A stretch of 64,000 nucleotides of DNA from Mytilus californianus. Taxonomy: Eukaryota. This document shows positions 63,205 through 64,000 of the stretch, one piece after another; the stretch's first letter is position 1; every line of letters starts with the position of its first letter. The notes below the pieces were generated by a model that did not search any database, was not told where the DNA came from, and was given only the letters and a program-made list of their open reading frames with translations. The position numbers and the translations under genes were made by a program. Location of the stretch: assembly GCF_021869535.1 (NCBI RefSeq), contig NW_026262675.1, forward strand, positions 2,728,001 through 2,792,000, read 5' to 3'.

Positions 63205-63380
63205 AATATTCCACCAGAAAAAAATGTGTTTCAGAATTACTTAATTGTTATTTACATGGCTGAAAAAGTAAAATCACAAAAATACCGAACACCGAGGAAA
63301 ATTCAAAACGGAAAGTCCCTAATCAAATGTCAAAACCAAAAGCTCAAACACATTAAACGAATTGATAACAACTGTCATAT
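63205..63380. repeat. Interspersed repeat, inverted copy downstream of terminal exon
   Basis: Reverse complement of 62293-62430. Confidence 0.7.
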
Positions 63381-64000
63381 GTGAATGTGATTAAGCATTA
63401 ACACAAACCACTTTGTTCATACATTTGTTATATAAGGAAGCAATCGTTTATTACTTGCATCTTCATACGTTTGTTTTACTTATATCTTAAATATATAACA
63501 ATCTACAAGAGTTGTGACTACACATTTGCATGTAAAAAAAGTTAGTAATCAAGGATACCAGGCTTATAATTTGCTACGTCAGACGCGTGTTTTATCTACA
63601 TAAGACTCAACATGCAGTGGTGCTCGAATCAAACAGTTGGAAGTCCAAATCAAATTCAAGGTATAACACAAACTGACACCGTTGGAAAAGTTTTGATCAA
63701 GTCACGTATGTTTCAGTCCAGCATCGGAAGTTTTGTTTTATAAACATATATGTTGTTGTTAACAAATGAATAGGTTGATAAAACTTAACACTTGGTGCAG
63801 ACATGTATGTTAAGCAGTCACTATGGAGTCATGAAACATTGTCATATTTGACCAACAATCATGATAAAAGTTAAATGTTTTGGTAAAGTGAAATTAACCC
63901 AAAGACTCGTCCTAAAGACAAGTTTGTATAAGATATCTCAAATATCCTTTTGGTTGAGGCTGTGTTATGGCTTTTATATAAATATTAATGACAAATTATA

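Noticed and set aside
1-64000. tRNA, rRNA, snRNA genes or a prokaryotic operon
   Set aside because: No cloverleaf, rRNA or snRNA signature recognised; genes are intron-containing.

Overview
AT-rich eukaryotic genomic DNA with spliceosomal GT-AG introns. The repeat families and gene content point to a bivalve mollusc, probably Mytilus (inference). I rebuilt three protein-coding loci by hand from splice sites and phase continuity. (1) A six-exon C16orf89/UPF0764 (DUF4735)-like gene on + (26931-36170, 676 aa) with an added acidic stalk and C-terminal TM helix. (2) A claudin/PMP22-family tetraspan locus on + (53585-62611), where two separate ATG-bearing first exons (TM1+ECL1) splice in phase onto the same exons 2-3. 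(3) The last two exons of an unknown single-pass membrane protein on - (20625-21793), whose 5' exons I could not resolve. The rest is dense in non-autonomous elements: several Helentron/DINE-type (HINE) families with internal tandem repeats (about 500, 160, 147 and 165 bp units), TIR MITEs with apparent 2-, 5-, 6-, 7- and 8-bp TSDs, Penelope-like RT fragments, a tRNA-SINE remnant and a decayed integrase-type transposase. The most striking observation is a family of 28-38 bp palindromic micro-elements (TIR CAGAGACATAT), three copies, each flanked by its own perfect 7-bp target-site duplication. No rRNA, tRNA or CRISPR array is supported. Repeat boundaries are approximate unless defined by TIR/TSD.
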